A stretch of 64,000 nucleotides of DNA from an uncultured Chloroflexia bacterium. Lineage in GTDB: Bacteria > Chloroflexota > Dehalococcoidia > DSTF01 > JALHUB01. Within the stretch, counting starts at the first letter, position 1; each line of letters begins with the position of its first letter. The stretch covers positions 85,855-149,854 of the forward strand of contig CAVSBT010000019.1 in the NCBI GenBank assembly GCA_963726245.1. The letters run 5' to 3'. Made by a program: the position numbers and the translations under genes. The notes beneath the pieces are model-generated. The model was given only the letters and a program-made list of their open reading frames with translations. It did not search any database and was not told the DNA's origin. Of the stretch, positions 42,621 to 52,889 are shown one piece after another.

Positions 42621-43883
42621 ATGAATATCCTGATGGTCTGTGCCCTGGACCTCTGGTCGCTTTCGGAGGGCCGGGGTGCCCCCACTCTCTACCGAACGCT
42701 GGAGGCCTATGGCCGGCGGGGGCACCGCGTCTACTGCGTAGCGCCGACCATTGGCGCTAACCACTCGTATGAGCCCCTGACGAAGGCCACCCCAGTCGAG
42801 CCCCCGGCTATCGCCAACGTGAGCTTCAGTCGCTTCCACATGCCCAGCCTGAGCGAGGGGAGATGGCCCCTGCCCGGCCTGGTGGCCAAGGCCGACCAGA
42901 AGCTGCGTTTTGCTCTCCTGTTCCCCTGGCTGGCTGGCCGCTGCGCCGAGGGCATCCTGCGCAGCCACCCAGTTGACGTCCTCTACGGCTACGAGGTGCA
43001 CGGCGTCCTGGCGAGCCGCCGGCTTCGCCAGCGCTGGAAGCTGCCCACCGTCTCCCGTTTCCAGGGGACCGTCATGTACCCGGCGCTGTCCAGTCGCCTC
43101 ACCTATCTCCGCAAGTACGAGGAGGTGCTGGCCCTGCGCGCCCCCGCCGACCTGTATATCATGACGGACGACGGCACCCGCGGCGACGAGGTGCTGGCCC
43201 GCTGGAACCCTGGCTCGCGGGGTCGCCTGCGCTTCTGGCGCAACGGCCTCGACCTGGAGCGGTTGGTGCCCGCATCCGCCGAGAAGGTGCGAGAGGAGCG
43301 ACAGGCCCTGGGCATTCCGGAGGATGCCTTCGTGCTGGTGATGGCCACCCGCCTGGCGCGCTGGAAGCGGGTCGATCGCGCTCTCTGCGCCATGCCCCTG
43401 GTACGGGCGGTCCTGCCCCAGGCCCTGCTGCTGGTGCTGGGCGACGGCGAGGAGCGGGCAGGCCTGGAGGCCCTGGCCCGTCACCTTTCCCTGGGCGAGG
43501 CGGTGCGCTTCCTGGGAGCGGTGCCTCAGAGCGAGGTGGCGCGCTACATGTGGGCGGCTGACCTCTTCCTGAGCATGAACGACCTCTCGAACGCCGGGAA
43601 CCCTCTGCTGGAGGCTATGGCCTGCGGCAAGGCCATCATCACCCTGGACACGGGCGACACCCGCGACCTCATCCGGGACGGCGAGACGGGCCGCCTCCTC
43701 TCGTCGGGCGACGCCGAGGCGGTGGCGACGGCGGTAGTGGACCTGGCGCGTGACCCCTCGCTTCGGCGGCGACTGGAGGAGGGGGCACGGCGGTATGCCC
43801 GGGACCACTTCTGGACCTGGGAGGAGCGCATGGCCGCCGAGGTGGCGGAGGTGGAGCGGCTGGCGGCCGCCGTCGAGCGGTGA
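42621..43883 (+). CDS. Glycosyltransferase family 4
   Basis: RNGLD, TRLARWKR, GDGEER, NPLLEAMACG. Confidence 0.9.
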   Translation: MNILMVCALDLWSLSEGRGAPTLYRTLEAYGRRGHRVYCVAPTIGANHSYEPLTKATPVEPPAIANVSFSRFHMPSLSEGRWPLPGLVAKADQKLRFALLFPWLAGRCAEGILRSHPVDVLYGYEVHGVLASRRLRQRWKLPTVSRFQGTVMYPALSSRLTYLRKYEEVLALRAPADLYIMTDDGTRGDEVLARWNPGSRGRLRFWRNGLDLERLVPASAEKVREERQALGIPEDAFVLVMATRLARWKRVDRALCAMPLVRAVLPQALLLVLGDGEERAGLEALARHLSLGEAVRFLGAVPQSEVARYMWAADLFLSMNDLSNAGNPLLEAMACGKAIITLDTGDTRDLIRDGETGRLLSSGDAEAVATAVVDLARDPSLRRRLEEGARRYARDHFWTWEERMAAEVAEVERLAAAVER

Positions 43884-45239
43884 GCTTCGTCTTCAACGTC
43901 AACCTGGTCTTCCTCACCTACGTCGCCAGCTATCTGCTGGCCTTCCTGATGCGGGTGCTGGTGACGCGGGCCGTGGGCGCCGACGGTCTGGGCTCTTACA
44001 CCCTGTTCCTGCTGACGGTCTCCATCGCGGCGGCCGTCCTGGGCCTGGGCCTCAACGTATCCAGCATCTACCACATCGGGAAGCGGACCTTCGGCCTGCG
44101 GGACATCGTCTCCAACAGCCAGGCGGTGGTGCTGGGCTCGCTGGTGGTGAGCGGCGCCCTGGTGGGGCTCACTGCCCTCACCTTCGGCGACCGGCTGGAC
44201 AGGGAGGGAGTGCCGTACTGGCTCTTTGTGTTCGCCGTGCCCCTCTTCGTCAACTTCAACATCCTCACCGCTATCCTTCAGGGTGCCAACCGTTTCCTGG
44301 CCATGAACCTGCTGGTGCTCTTGCGACCCCTGGTCGTGGTCTGTCTCCTGGTGGCCGGCATGGCTGCGGGGGGCCTGGACTTGAGGGGGATCCTGGTCTT
44401 CTGGACGATCTCCAGCTTTCTCACCATGGCCGTTGGTCTGGCCGTGGTGGGCCTGCGGCACCTGCACCTGCCGACAGTCCTGAGACCCCGCTGGTCCGTC
44501 CTCAAGGAGCAGGTGCGCTTTGGCCTGCAGGGGCAGGCCGGCAACCTGCTCCAGTTGCTGAACTACCGGCTCGACTCGTTCCTGGTGCTGGCGTTCGTCA
44601 ATACCGCCGGGGTCGGCTTGTACGCCGTGGGGGTGGGCGTCACCGAGAGCGTGTGGTTCATCGCCAACGCGGTGGCTGTCGTGCTGGTGCCCCGCCTGAC
44701 CCACGCTGAGGCCGAGGACGCCGCCCGCCTCACGCCCGTGGTCTGCCGGAACACATTGCTGGTGAGCCTGGCGGCGGCGACGGGCGTGGGGGTTCTTTCG
44801 CCGGTGCTGGTGAAGCCCATCTTCGGCGCCGATTTCGGGCCATCGGTGACGGCGGTCTACTGGCTTCTGCCGGGCACCGTCGCCCTCGCCGGCACGAAGA
44901 TCGTGGCCAGCTACATCTTCAGCCAGGGGAAGCCCCTCATCAACAGCTACATCACCCTCGCCATTCTGGCTGCGACGGTCCTGTTCGACCTGGCCCTGAT
45001 CCCGCCCTTCGGCGTGGCGGGGGCAGCGGCCGCCTCCTCCATCGCCTACAGCCTATCGCTGGTACTGAGCCTGGCCGTGTACAGCCGCATGTCGGGACGG
45101 GGCGTCTGGGAGGCGGTCCTGGTGCGAGGGCAGCGACCTCCAGATGTACCTGGACGCCGCCCGCAGCCTGCGGGCCCGCTATGCCCTCCCAGACGGGCCG
45201 TCCGACCTGAGCGGCTCGGGTCCCTCGCCGGGGGTGTAG
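43880..45239 (+). CDS. Polysaccharide flippase (Wzx/MOP family; frameshift near 45130)
   Basis: Many hydrophobic segments, LNYRLD, VGLYAVG, LIPPFGVAGAAAAS. Confidence 0.88.
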
Positions 45240-45245
45240 GCGGCG

Positions 45246-46434
45246 ATGCCCTCTCCTCTCCGCATCTGCGTGGTCGGCGACCTGGACGGGGTGCACACGC
45301 ATCACTGGGTACGGTGGTTCGTGGAGCGGGGCCACGAGCTCCACGCTGTCTCCTACTATGCGCCGCGGCGGCCGCCGCCGGGGGTGACGGTGCACGCCCT
45401 GGTGGGTAGTGGCGTTTCGACAGCGCCTGCCGGGCGGCTGGCGGCCGGCGGCCCGCCGCCTGGCCGAGGCGGCGTCGCCCTCGCTCTGGCGGCTGGTGAA
45501 CGGCCTCCGCTACCAGCGCCGGGGCCTGGGGCGAACAATCGAGAGCGTGAGGCCGGACGTGATCCATGCCCACTACGTCGTCGAGCACGGCTTCTATGCC
45601 GCGCTGGCCGGTCGCCGGCCCCTGGTGGTGACGGCCTGGGGCTCCGATGTGCTGGTGGCGCCGCGTCGCTCGCCGCTGACCCAGGCCATCGCCCGCTACG
45701 CTTTGCGGCGGGCGGACCTGGTGACATCCTCCAACGAGTACATGGTCCAGCGCCTGGTCGAGCTGGGTGCGCCGCCTGAGCGGGTGGCGCTGGTCGTCCT
45801 GGGGGTCGACGCCTTCTTCCTCCAGGCGCCGGAGGCTTCCGTCAACCTCCGGCCCGCCGGCGAGACGCCGCCCACGGTCATCAGCCTCCGTTCCCTGGAC
45901 TCACGCTTGTACAACGTGGACGTCATCCTGCGGGCGATGGCCCTGGTACGCAAACGCGTCCCCGACGCCCGGCTGCTGGTGGCCGGCGAAGGTCGTTTGC
46001 GGGCCGGGCTGGAGCGGCTGGCCCTTCGCCTGGGCCTGGAGGGGGCGGTGGCCTTCCTGGGCTACCTGGATCGTGAGGCCCTGCGCGACGCCCTGGCCTC
46101 GTCCCACGTGTACGTCTCCGTGCCGCGCTCCGACGGCACGGCCGTGAGCACCCTGGAGGCCATGGCCGTGGGCTGCTTCCCCATCCTCTCCGACCTGCCG
46201 AGCCAGGAGGAACTGGTGCGGAACGGCGAGAACGGCTTTCGCGTTCCGGTGGGGGACGCCGGCGCCCTGGCGGGGCGCATCGTGGAGGCCCTGGGGCGGC
46301 CGGACCTGCGCCGCCAAGCCCTGGAGTCGAATCGTGACCTGGTGAGGCGAAGGGGCCTGCTGGAGGAGAACATGGCCCGCATGGAGGAGCTGTACCGGAG
46401 CCTGGCGGCCCGAGGTGGGGCCACGTGCGGTTGA
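45246..46434 (+). CDS. Glycosyltransferase family 4 (frameshift near 45410)
   Basis: HTHHWVRWF, PDVIHAH, TAWGSDV, STLEAMAVG. Confidence 0.88.
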
Positions 46435-46459
46435 CGCCTGCCGCTGGGCTGGATATGAT
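46431..46459 (+). promoter_or_regulatory. Internal sigma70-type promoter for the secreted repeat protein
   Basis: TTGACG-17 nt-TATGAT; GGGGAGG RBS before ATG 46488. Confidence 0.6.
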
Positions 46460-46487
46460 GCCCGCTGGCGGGGGTCAGGGGAGGCGG

Positions 46488-48071
46488 ATGCTGCTGCGTT
46501 TCTTGTGTAGCTTCTCTCGGGGACTGCGCCACCCGTGGAAGGTGTACTTGGGTGTCGCAGTCCTTGTCTTGGTCCTGGTGAGCGGAACGGGCGGCTCCCG
46601 GCGCGTCGAGGCCGCCTATACCTTCGGCGTCGAGAACTCCTGGATCCGGGTCCAGAACATCGGCGAGGCCTATGCCACCGTCGAGGTGGACTACTACGAC
46701 GAGAACGGAGTCTTCGTCGCCCGCGATGTGTGCCCTACGCCGGGTGTCTGCCCGTTGCTGGCGCCGGGGAGCGGCTGGACTTTCTTCACCCGCGACAACC
46801 CCGCGCTGCCGTCGGGCTTCAGGGGCTCCGCCGTCATCACCACCGACCAGCCTGTCGCTGCCATCCTGGCGAAGGAGGTCTTCCGGGGGGACAAGTTCGC
46901 CATCGCGGGCGACTCGGTGACAGTAGGAGCGGGCTCCCACCGCCTCTACCTGCCTCTGGTGAGCAGTCAGGATGGGCCTCTCAGGGACTGGAACGGGCGC
47001 TTCGTCATCCAGAACCTCAGCGACACGACGACGGCCTGCGTCACCATCACCTACCTGAGCAACTACACGGACTCAGAGGTCTACTGGGACCCCTATCGGC
47101 CCGCCGATCCCGCCGCTACGCGCCTGCCCGGATGCCCTCAAGGTGGGATGCCGCTGCCGCCCCGGGGCAGCATCTTTCGCGACCCCGACAACATGGGTGT
47201 CGGGCCTGCCTTCACGGGCTCCGTCCGCATTGACCTCTCCGCCAATGGCCAGGGGGTGCCCGCCAGCCGCCAGTTCATCGCCGCCAGTGCCGAGACCTGG
47301 AACCGGCTCTTCAGCCCCTTCTCTTCCTACCGGGGCCTGGACGAGAGCGAGCTCGATGCGACCATCCTCTTGCCCTTGGTGGATTGGGAGGTGGGGCCCC
47401 AGAACCAGTGGAGCACTTACTTCCAGATCGAGAACAAGGACCCCTCGCGGCCGGCGGATGTGACCTTGCGCTTCGAGGGGTGGGATCTGGGGAAGTCTGT
47501 CCCTGAGCTCGTGGTCAAGCAGAACACGCTGCACATCGTCGGTGCCCGCATGTGCTTCCAGAACAGGGACGACTTCGCCAACTGCCTGGCGGCGGGCGAC
47601 CGTCTGCCGCGCAACTTCGTGGGCACGGCGCGCCTCACCTCCACGCAGCCCATCGGCGTCATCGTCAACCGCAGCTCGAACCTCATCGACGTCTTTACCA
47701 GCTATCGGGGCGTGCGACCCGGCGACTCTGCCCAGAAGGTGCTGCTCCCCGTCCTCAACAAGAACTATGGGCCCTACAATGGCCACAATGGCTGGAACTC
47801 CTGGTTCCGGGTGCTGGTGGCCGATGGCGGTCAGGCCAACGTGACGGTGCACTACTATGGGCTGGACCTGCCCGGCGGCACCGTCTCCTACACGAAGGCG
47901 GTATCCCGCGAGTTCACCGTCTTCCAACAGCAGGAGGGGTTCCTGCCCGACGGCTTCGCAGGCTCGGCCATCCTGGAGTCGGACCGGCCTATCGTCGCCC
48001 TGGCCAACCTCACCACCGATGTCTTCGAGGGCGACACGGACCTCCTCTATAACGGCGTCCCGCTGCCCTGA
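46488..48071 (+). CDS. Secreted four-repeat beta-rich protein (candidate surface/S-layer glycoprotein)
   Basis: Hydrophobic leader ending RVEA-A; four modules LP..W.S.F.(V/I)QN..A.VT..Y..F.GSA.I..D.P. Confidence 0.7.
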   Translation: MLLRFLCSFSRGLRHPWKVYLGVAVLVLVLVSGTGGSRRVEAAYTFGVENSWIRVQNIGEAYATVEVDYYDENGVFVARDVCPTPGVCPLLAPGSGWTFFTRDNPALPSGFRGSAVITTDQPVAAILAKEVFRGDKFAIAGDSVTVGAGSHRLYLPLVSSQDGPLRDWNGRFVIQNLSDTTTACVTITYLSNYTDSEVYWDPYRPADPAATRLPGCPQGGMPLPPRGSIFRDPDNMGVGPAFTGSVRIDLSANGQGVPASRQFIAASAETWNRLFSPFSSYRGLDESELDATILLPLVDWEVGPQNQWSTYFQIENKDPSRPADVTLRFEGWDLGKSVPELVVKQNTLHIVGARMCFQNRDDFANCLAAGDRLPRNFVGTARLTSTQPIGVIVNRSSNLIDVFTSYRGVRPGDSAQKVLLPVLNKNYGPYNGHNGWNSWFRVLVADGGQANVTVHYYGLDLPGGTVSYTKAVSREFTVFQQQEGFLPDGFAGSAILESDRPIVALANLTTDVFEGDTDLLYNGVPLP

Positions 48072-48117
48072 CGCCAGGCCGCTGGCGGGCCGCCTGCCGG
48101 CAGGCAGGGAGAAGAGG

Positions 48118-49194
48118 TTGCGCCTCTGTTACCTGGCCGACGCGCCCTATATACACACCCGTCGTTGGGTGCGCCACTTCGTCGGCCGGGGCTGGGAGGT
48201 GCACGTCGTCTCCTTCCGCCCGGCCGAGATCGAAGGAGCCACCGTGCACTATGTGTCGGGCTGCGAGTGGCTGGGCAAGCTTCGCTACCTGCTCCGCATC
48301 CCCCGCGTGCGGCGGCTGGTCCGCGGCCTGCGACCGGACCTCTTGCATGCCCTCCACCTGACGAGCTACGGCTTCCTCTCGGTCTTCTGTGACGTGCGCC
48401 CGACCCTGGTCTCGGTCTGGGGGACCGACGTGCTGGAGGCGCCTCGCCTCAGTCCCTTCCACTACCTCATCACTCGCTACGCCCTGCGCCGGGCCGACCA
48501 CATCACGGCCACCGGCCTCCGCCTTGCTGAGGCCACCGCTCGCTACGCGCCCGCCGGCAAGCCGGTGACGGTGGTGCCCTACGGCGTGGACCTGCGGGAG
48601 TTCCGCTCGCGGCCGAGGGAGGAGCGCTCCGAGGTGGTGGTGGGAGCGGTGGCCCGCCTCTCGAAGGAGAAGGGGCTCCACTATCTGCTGGAGGCCTTCG
48701 CGGTGGTGGCCGGACGTCACCCCCAGGCTCGCCTGGTGCTGGTTGGGGAGGGCCCTGAACGCCAGCGACTGGAGCGGCTGGCGGCGCGACTGGGCCTGGG
48801 GGAGCGGGTGCGATTTCTGGGCGAGGTGCCCCACGAGCAGGTGCCGGAGGTTCTCCAGCAGCTCGACATCTTCGCCATGCCGTCCACCTACGAGGGCTTT
48901 GGGGTGGCGGCCCTGGAGGCGGAGGCCATGGAGCTGCCGGTAGTCGCCTCCCGCGTGCACGGCATCCCGGACGTGGTGCTGGACGGCGAGACGGGTCTGC
49001 TGGTGCCGCCCCGGGACCGGCAGGCCCTGGCAGCGGCCCTGGACCGCCTGGTCAGCGACGGCGACCTCCGCCGCCGGCTGGGGCAGGCGGGACGGGCTTT
49101 CGTCGCCGAGCACTACTCCTGGGAGGAGAACACCGCCCAGATGGAGGCCCTGTACCAGGCGGCGCTGGGGGAGAGGGAGTCGCAGGCCGAGTGA
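48118..49194 (+). CDS. Glycosyltransferase family 4
   Basis: HTRRWVRHF, PYGVD, ARLSKEKG, EGFGVAALEA. Confidence 0.92.
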   Translation: MRLCYLADAPYIHTRRWVRHFVGRGWEVHVVSFRPAEIEGATVHYVSGCEWLGKLRYLLRIPRVRRLVRGLRPDLLHALHLTSYGFLSVFCDVRPTLVSVWGTDVLEAPRLSPFHYLITRYALRRADHITATGLRLAEATARYAPAGKPVTVVPYGVDLREFRSRPREERSEVVVGAVARLSKEKGLHYLLEAFAVVAGRHPQARLVLVGEGPERQRLERLAARLGLGERVRFLGEVPHEQVPEVLQQLDIFAMPSTYEGFGVAALEAEAMELPVVASRVHGIPDVVLDGETGLLVPPRDRQALAAALDRLVSDGDLRRRLGQAGRAFVAEHYSWEENTAQMEALYQAALGERESQAE

Positions 49195-49281
49195 CTGCCC
49201 GATGAGTGCCCCCTTCGGCGGCTGCCTCCCTCGGTTTACACAAGACGGGCCTCATGCTAACTTTCTAGCACCTGCCACACT

Positions 49282-50349
49282 ATGGAAAGTGCCGTGAGGG
49301 AGCGAGAGTTGGGAGGACGGGCGCCCCTGCCCTTCGTGTCGGTCATCGTGCCCATGCGCAACGAGGAGCGGCATATTGAGGGCTGTCTGCGCTGCCTCGC
49401 CGCCCAGGACTACCCCAAAGACCGCTTCGAGGTGCTGGTGGTGGACGGCGGTTCGACGGACGGCTCCCGTCGGGTGGCGGAGGACGTGGCCCGTGAGACG
49501 GGTCTTCCCCTGCGGCTCCTCTCCAACCCGGGGCGGAGCACGCCCTGCGGCCTCAACGTGGGCATTGCCCAGGCCCGGGGTGAGCTCATCGCCCGCGTGG
49601 ACGCCCACGCCGAGGTCGCTCCGCGCTTCCTGTCTGAGAGCGTCTCTGTCCTCCTGAAGAGCGACGCCGACGCCGTGGGCGGGCCCATCCGCAGCGCCGG
49701 CGACGGACTCGTGGGGGGCGCCATCGCCCTGGCCATGTCGTCGCCCTTCGGCGTGGGGAACGCCGCCTTCCGCTACAGCCAGGAGGAGCAATACACGGAT
49801 ACGGTGGCCTTTCCGACCTACCGCCGCAACGTTTTCGATCGTGTCGGCCTATTCGCCGAGGACCTGGAGTGGGGCGAGGACGACGAGTTTCATTACCGTC
49901 TGAACGACGCCGGGGGCCGTATTCTGATGACACCGCGCGTCGCTTCCATCTATTTCACGCGCTCTTCGTTGGGGGGCCTGGCGCGCCAGTACTTCCGCTA
50001 CGGGCGGGTGAAGGTGGAGGTGCTGCGCCGGCACCCGCGCCAGACGCGGCTGCGGCAGTTGGTGCCGGGCGCTTTCGTGTTGGGGCTGGCGGCCACGGGC
50101 GCCCTGGCGACGTTGCGCGGGCTCTTTGTGCTGCCTCTGGCGGCGCTGGCTGGCGCCTACGGCCTGGCCTCGCTGGCCGCCTCGCTGCGAGCGACGGGCC
50201 GCGGGGATCGGCGCTACCTGCCGGTCCTGCCAGTCGCCTTCGCCTGCCTCCACGTCAGCTATGGTCTGGGCTTCCTGGTCGGGCTGGCACGCACGGCCGC
50301 AGCGGCGGCGACGCCGCTGGCTCGCCGGAGCCGGGAGGCGCGGGCGTGA
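49282..50349 (+). CDS. Glycosyltransferase family 2 (ExoA-like)
   Basis: VSVIVPMRNE, VVDGGSTD, RVDAH, EDDEF, RQYFRYG. Confidence 0.92.
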   Translation: MESAVRERELGGRAPLPFVSVIVPMRNEERHIEGCLRCLAAQDYPKDRFEVLVVDGGSTDGSRRVAEDVARETGLPLRLLSNPGRSTPCGLNVGIAQARGELIARVDAHAEVAPRFLSESVSVLLKSDADAVGGPIRSAGDGLVGGAIALAMSSPFGVGNAAFRYSQEEQYTDTVAFPTYRRNVFDRVGLFAEDLEWGEDDEFHYRLNDAGGRILMTPRVASIYFTRSSLGGLARQYFRYGRVKVEVLRRHPRQTRLRQLVPGAFVLGLAATGALATLRGLFVLPLAALAGAYGLASLAASLRATGRGDRRYLPVLPVAFACLHVSYGLGFLVGLARTAAAAATPLARRSREARA

Positions 50350-51047
50350 GGGAGGCGGAACGCATCCGTGCTGCCTATGCCCGCCGCGAGGAGCGGGGGC
50401 TGGAGGGCCGCTACTCGTACTGGGAGCCAGCCAACCTCTACCTCTACCAGGGCCGTGAGCGGGCTCTCGTCTCTCTGCTGGCCGGCGCCGGCCTGCTGCC
50501 CATGACGAACCTGCGGGTGCTCGACGTGGGCTGCGGCGAGGGCGCTGTCCTCCGCGACTTGCTGCGGTTCGGCGCCCGACCCGAGAACCTGGTCGGCGTC
50601 GACCTGCTGGTGAGCCGGCTGGCCAGGGCGGGGGCCTTGAACGCCAATATGGCCTTCTCGGTGGCCGACGCCGCCAACCTGCCCTTTCCCGACGCCAGCT
50701 TCGACCTCCTCCTGGCCTTCACCCTCCTCAGCTCCATCATCGATGGCGAGGCGCGAGGCGCCGCCTCCTCCGAGATGCTGCGCGTCCTCCAGCCCGGCGG
50801 TGTGCTCATCGTCTACGACTTCTGGGTGAACCCGCGGAACCGGGACGTGCGGCCCCTGAGTCGTGGTGAGGTCCGGCGGCTGTTCCCCGGATGCACGTTC
50901 AACTGGCGGCGGGTGACGCTGGCGCCACCGCTGCTGCGACTGCTGGCGCCGTTCGCCCCCGGCGGATGGTTGGCCTGCTACCTGCTGGAGAAGTTGCCCT
51001 TCCTGTGCACGCATTTCCTGGTGACGGTAACGAAGGGGCATGCCTGA
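50346..51047 (+). CDS. Class I SAM-dependent methyltransferase
   Basis: VLDVGCGEG, LPFPDASFD, RVLQPGG; GTGA overlap with the GT2 gene. Confidence 0.88.
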   Translation: MREAERIRAAYARREERGLEGRYSYWEPANLYLYQGRERALVSLLAGAGLLPMTNLRVLDVGCGEGAVLRDLLRFGARPENLVGVDLLVSRLARAGALNANMAFSVADAANLPFPDASFDLLLAFTLLSSIIDGEARGAASSEMLRVLQPGGVLIVYDFWVNPRNRDVRPLSRGEVRRLFPGCTFNWRRVTLAPPLLRLLAPFAPGGWLACYLLEKLPFLCTHFLVTVTKGHA

Positions 51048-52218
51048 GATGACTGAGACGACTGAGACCTTTCTTCCCTACTGCCGGCCGGACCTGGGGC
51101 CTGAAGAGATCGAGGAGGTGGTGGAGACGCTGCGCTCCGGCTGGCTGGCTACCGGGCCGCGCTGCAAACAGTTCGAGGAGCGCTTCCGGGAGTACGTCGG
51201 CGCCAGCCACGCCGTGGCCGTATCCTCCTGCACGGCGGGGATGCACCTGGCGCTAGCCGCCGCTGGCATCGGCCCCGGCGACGAGGTCATCACCTCGCCC
51301 CTCACCTTCTGCTCTACAGTCAGCGTCATCATTCACCGGGGGGCCACCCCCGTTCTGGCCGATATTTGCCTGGACGACTACGACCTGGACCCGGAGGAGG
51401 TCGAGCGCCGGATCACGCCCCGGACGCGGGCCATCATGCCCGTACACTATGCGGGCCAGCCCTGCCGCATGGACGAACTGCTGGACATCGCCCGCCGCCA
51501 CAAGCTGCTCGTCATAGAGGACGCCGCCCACGCCGTGAGCGCCCGCTACCGCGACCGGCCTGTCGGCTCGCTGGGAGACGCCACCGTCTTCAGCTTCTAC
51601 GTCACCAAGAACATGACCACGGGCCAGGGTGGCATGGTGACTACCGAAGACGGCGATCTGGCGTCTCAGGTCCGGCAGCTCAGCCTGCACGGCATGAGCC
51701 ACGACGCCTGGCGCCGCTACGAGGCGCGGGGCTCCTGGTATTACGAGGTGACCGCTCTCGGCTTCAACTTCGCCATGACGGACATTCAGGCCGCTCTGGG
51801 GCTGAGGCAGCTCTCTCGCCTGGAGGGCTTTCAGGAGGTGCGGGCGCGCTACGCCGCCGAGTACCAACGCCTCCTGGGCGACCTCGAGGAGATCGTCCTG
51901 CCGTCGGCGCGTCCGGAGGTGCGCCACGTGTGGCACCTCTACCCGGTGCGCGTGCGCGGTGAGCGCCTGACCATCGGGAGGGACGAGTTCATTGAGGCCC
52001 TGCGGGAGCGGGGCATCGGCACCTCGGTGCACTTCATCCCCATCCACTACCACCCTTACTACCGGGAGGGCTTCGGGTTCCGCAAGGGCGACTACCCCCG
52101 CTGCGAAGAGGTCTTCGAAGGGCTGCTCTCCTTGCCTCTCTATCCCTTGATGTCGATGGACGACGTAGCCCGAGCGGCGGAGGCCGTGCGGGAGATCGTT
52201 AGCGCGCACAGGCGATGA
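51040..52218 (+). CDS. DegT/DnrJ/EryC1 sugar aminotransferase
   Basis: SGWLATGP, SSCTAGMH, EDAAHA, FSFYVTKNMTTGQGG. Confidence 0.93.
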   Translation: MPEMTETTETFLPYCRPDLGPEEIEEVVETLRSGWLATGPRCKQFEERFREYVGASHAVAVSSCTAGMHLALAAAGIGPGDEVITSPLTFCSTVSVIIHRGATPVLADICLDDYDLDPEEVERRITPRTRAIMPVHYAGQPCRMDELLDIARRHKLLVIEDAAHAVSARYRDRPVGSLGDATVFSFYVTKNMTTGQGGMVTTEDGDLASQVRQLSLHGMSHDAWRRYEARGSWYYEVTALGFNFAMTDIQAALGLRQLSRLEGFQEVRARYAAEYQRLLGDLEEIVLPSARPEVRHVWHLYPVRVRGERLTIGRDEFIEALRERGIGTSVHFIPIHYHPYYREGFGFRKGDYPRCEEVFEGLLSLPLYPLMSMDDVARAAEAVREIVSAHRR

Positions 52219-52822
52219 AAGACCAACTGAGCATACGCCTCTTCGAGACGACGGTGGCCGTACTGATGCTGGCCGTCTTCGGCCCTTTGATGCTCCTCAT
52301 CGCCATCCTCATCAAGCTGGGTTCCCCGGGGCCGGTCCTCTTCCGCCAGAGGCGAATCGGCTTCGCCGAGAAACCGTTTCTCATGTACAAGTTCCGGACC
52401 ATGAAGACGGGGTCACGAGAACCAGAGAGGGCACCCCCAGCGGGTGAAGGATATCGCCTCCCTCGTGTTCAACCCGCCGCAGCGCGACCGCCGGGTGACG
52501 CCCATCGGGCTGGTGCTGCGCAGCACCAGCCTGGACGAGTGGCCTAACCTGCTGAACGTCATCAAGGGGGACATGCGGCTGGTGGGGCCCCGCCCCGACG
52601 AGCCGGAGCTGGTGGAGCAATACCTGCCTCTCTATCACCTGCGCCACTGGGTGAAGCCAGGCATGACCGGGCTGGCCCAGGTGAACGGCCGCTCCAATTT
52701 GACGTACCATCAGATGATGACTTACGATCTCGACTACGTAAGGAATCACTCCTGGCGCCGGGACCTGGCCATCCTGGGCCGAACCCTAGCGCGTGGTACT
52801 GAAGAAGGAAGGAGCGCGCTAG
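52215..52822 (+). CDS. Initiating phosphoglycosyl transferase (PglC/WbaP-like; two frameshifts)
   Basis: GPVLFRQRRIG, YKFRTM, SLDEWP, LVGPRP, KPGMTGLAQV, DLDY, C-terminal VVLKKEGAR*. Confidence 0.88.
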
Positions 52823-52889
52823 CGGCCGGAGGAGTGGCCGCCGTCGACCTCTCATGGGCGGTGGGCGCGCCCTCGACCGTGGTCCGTTC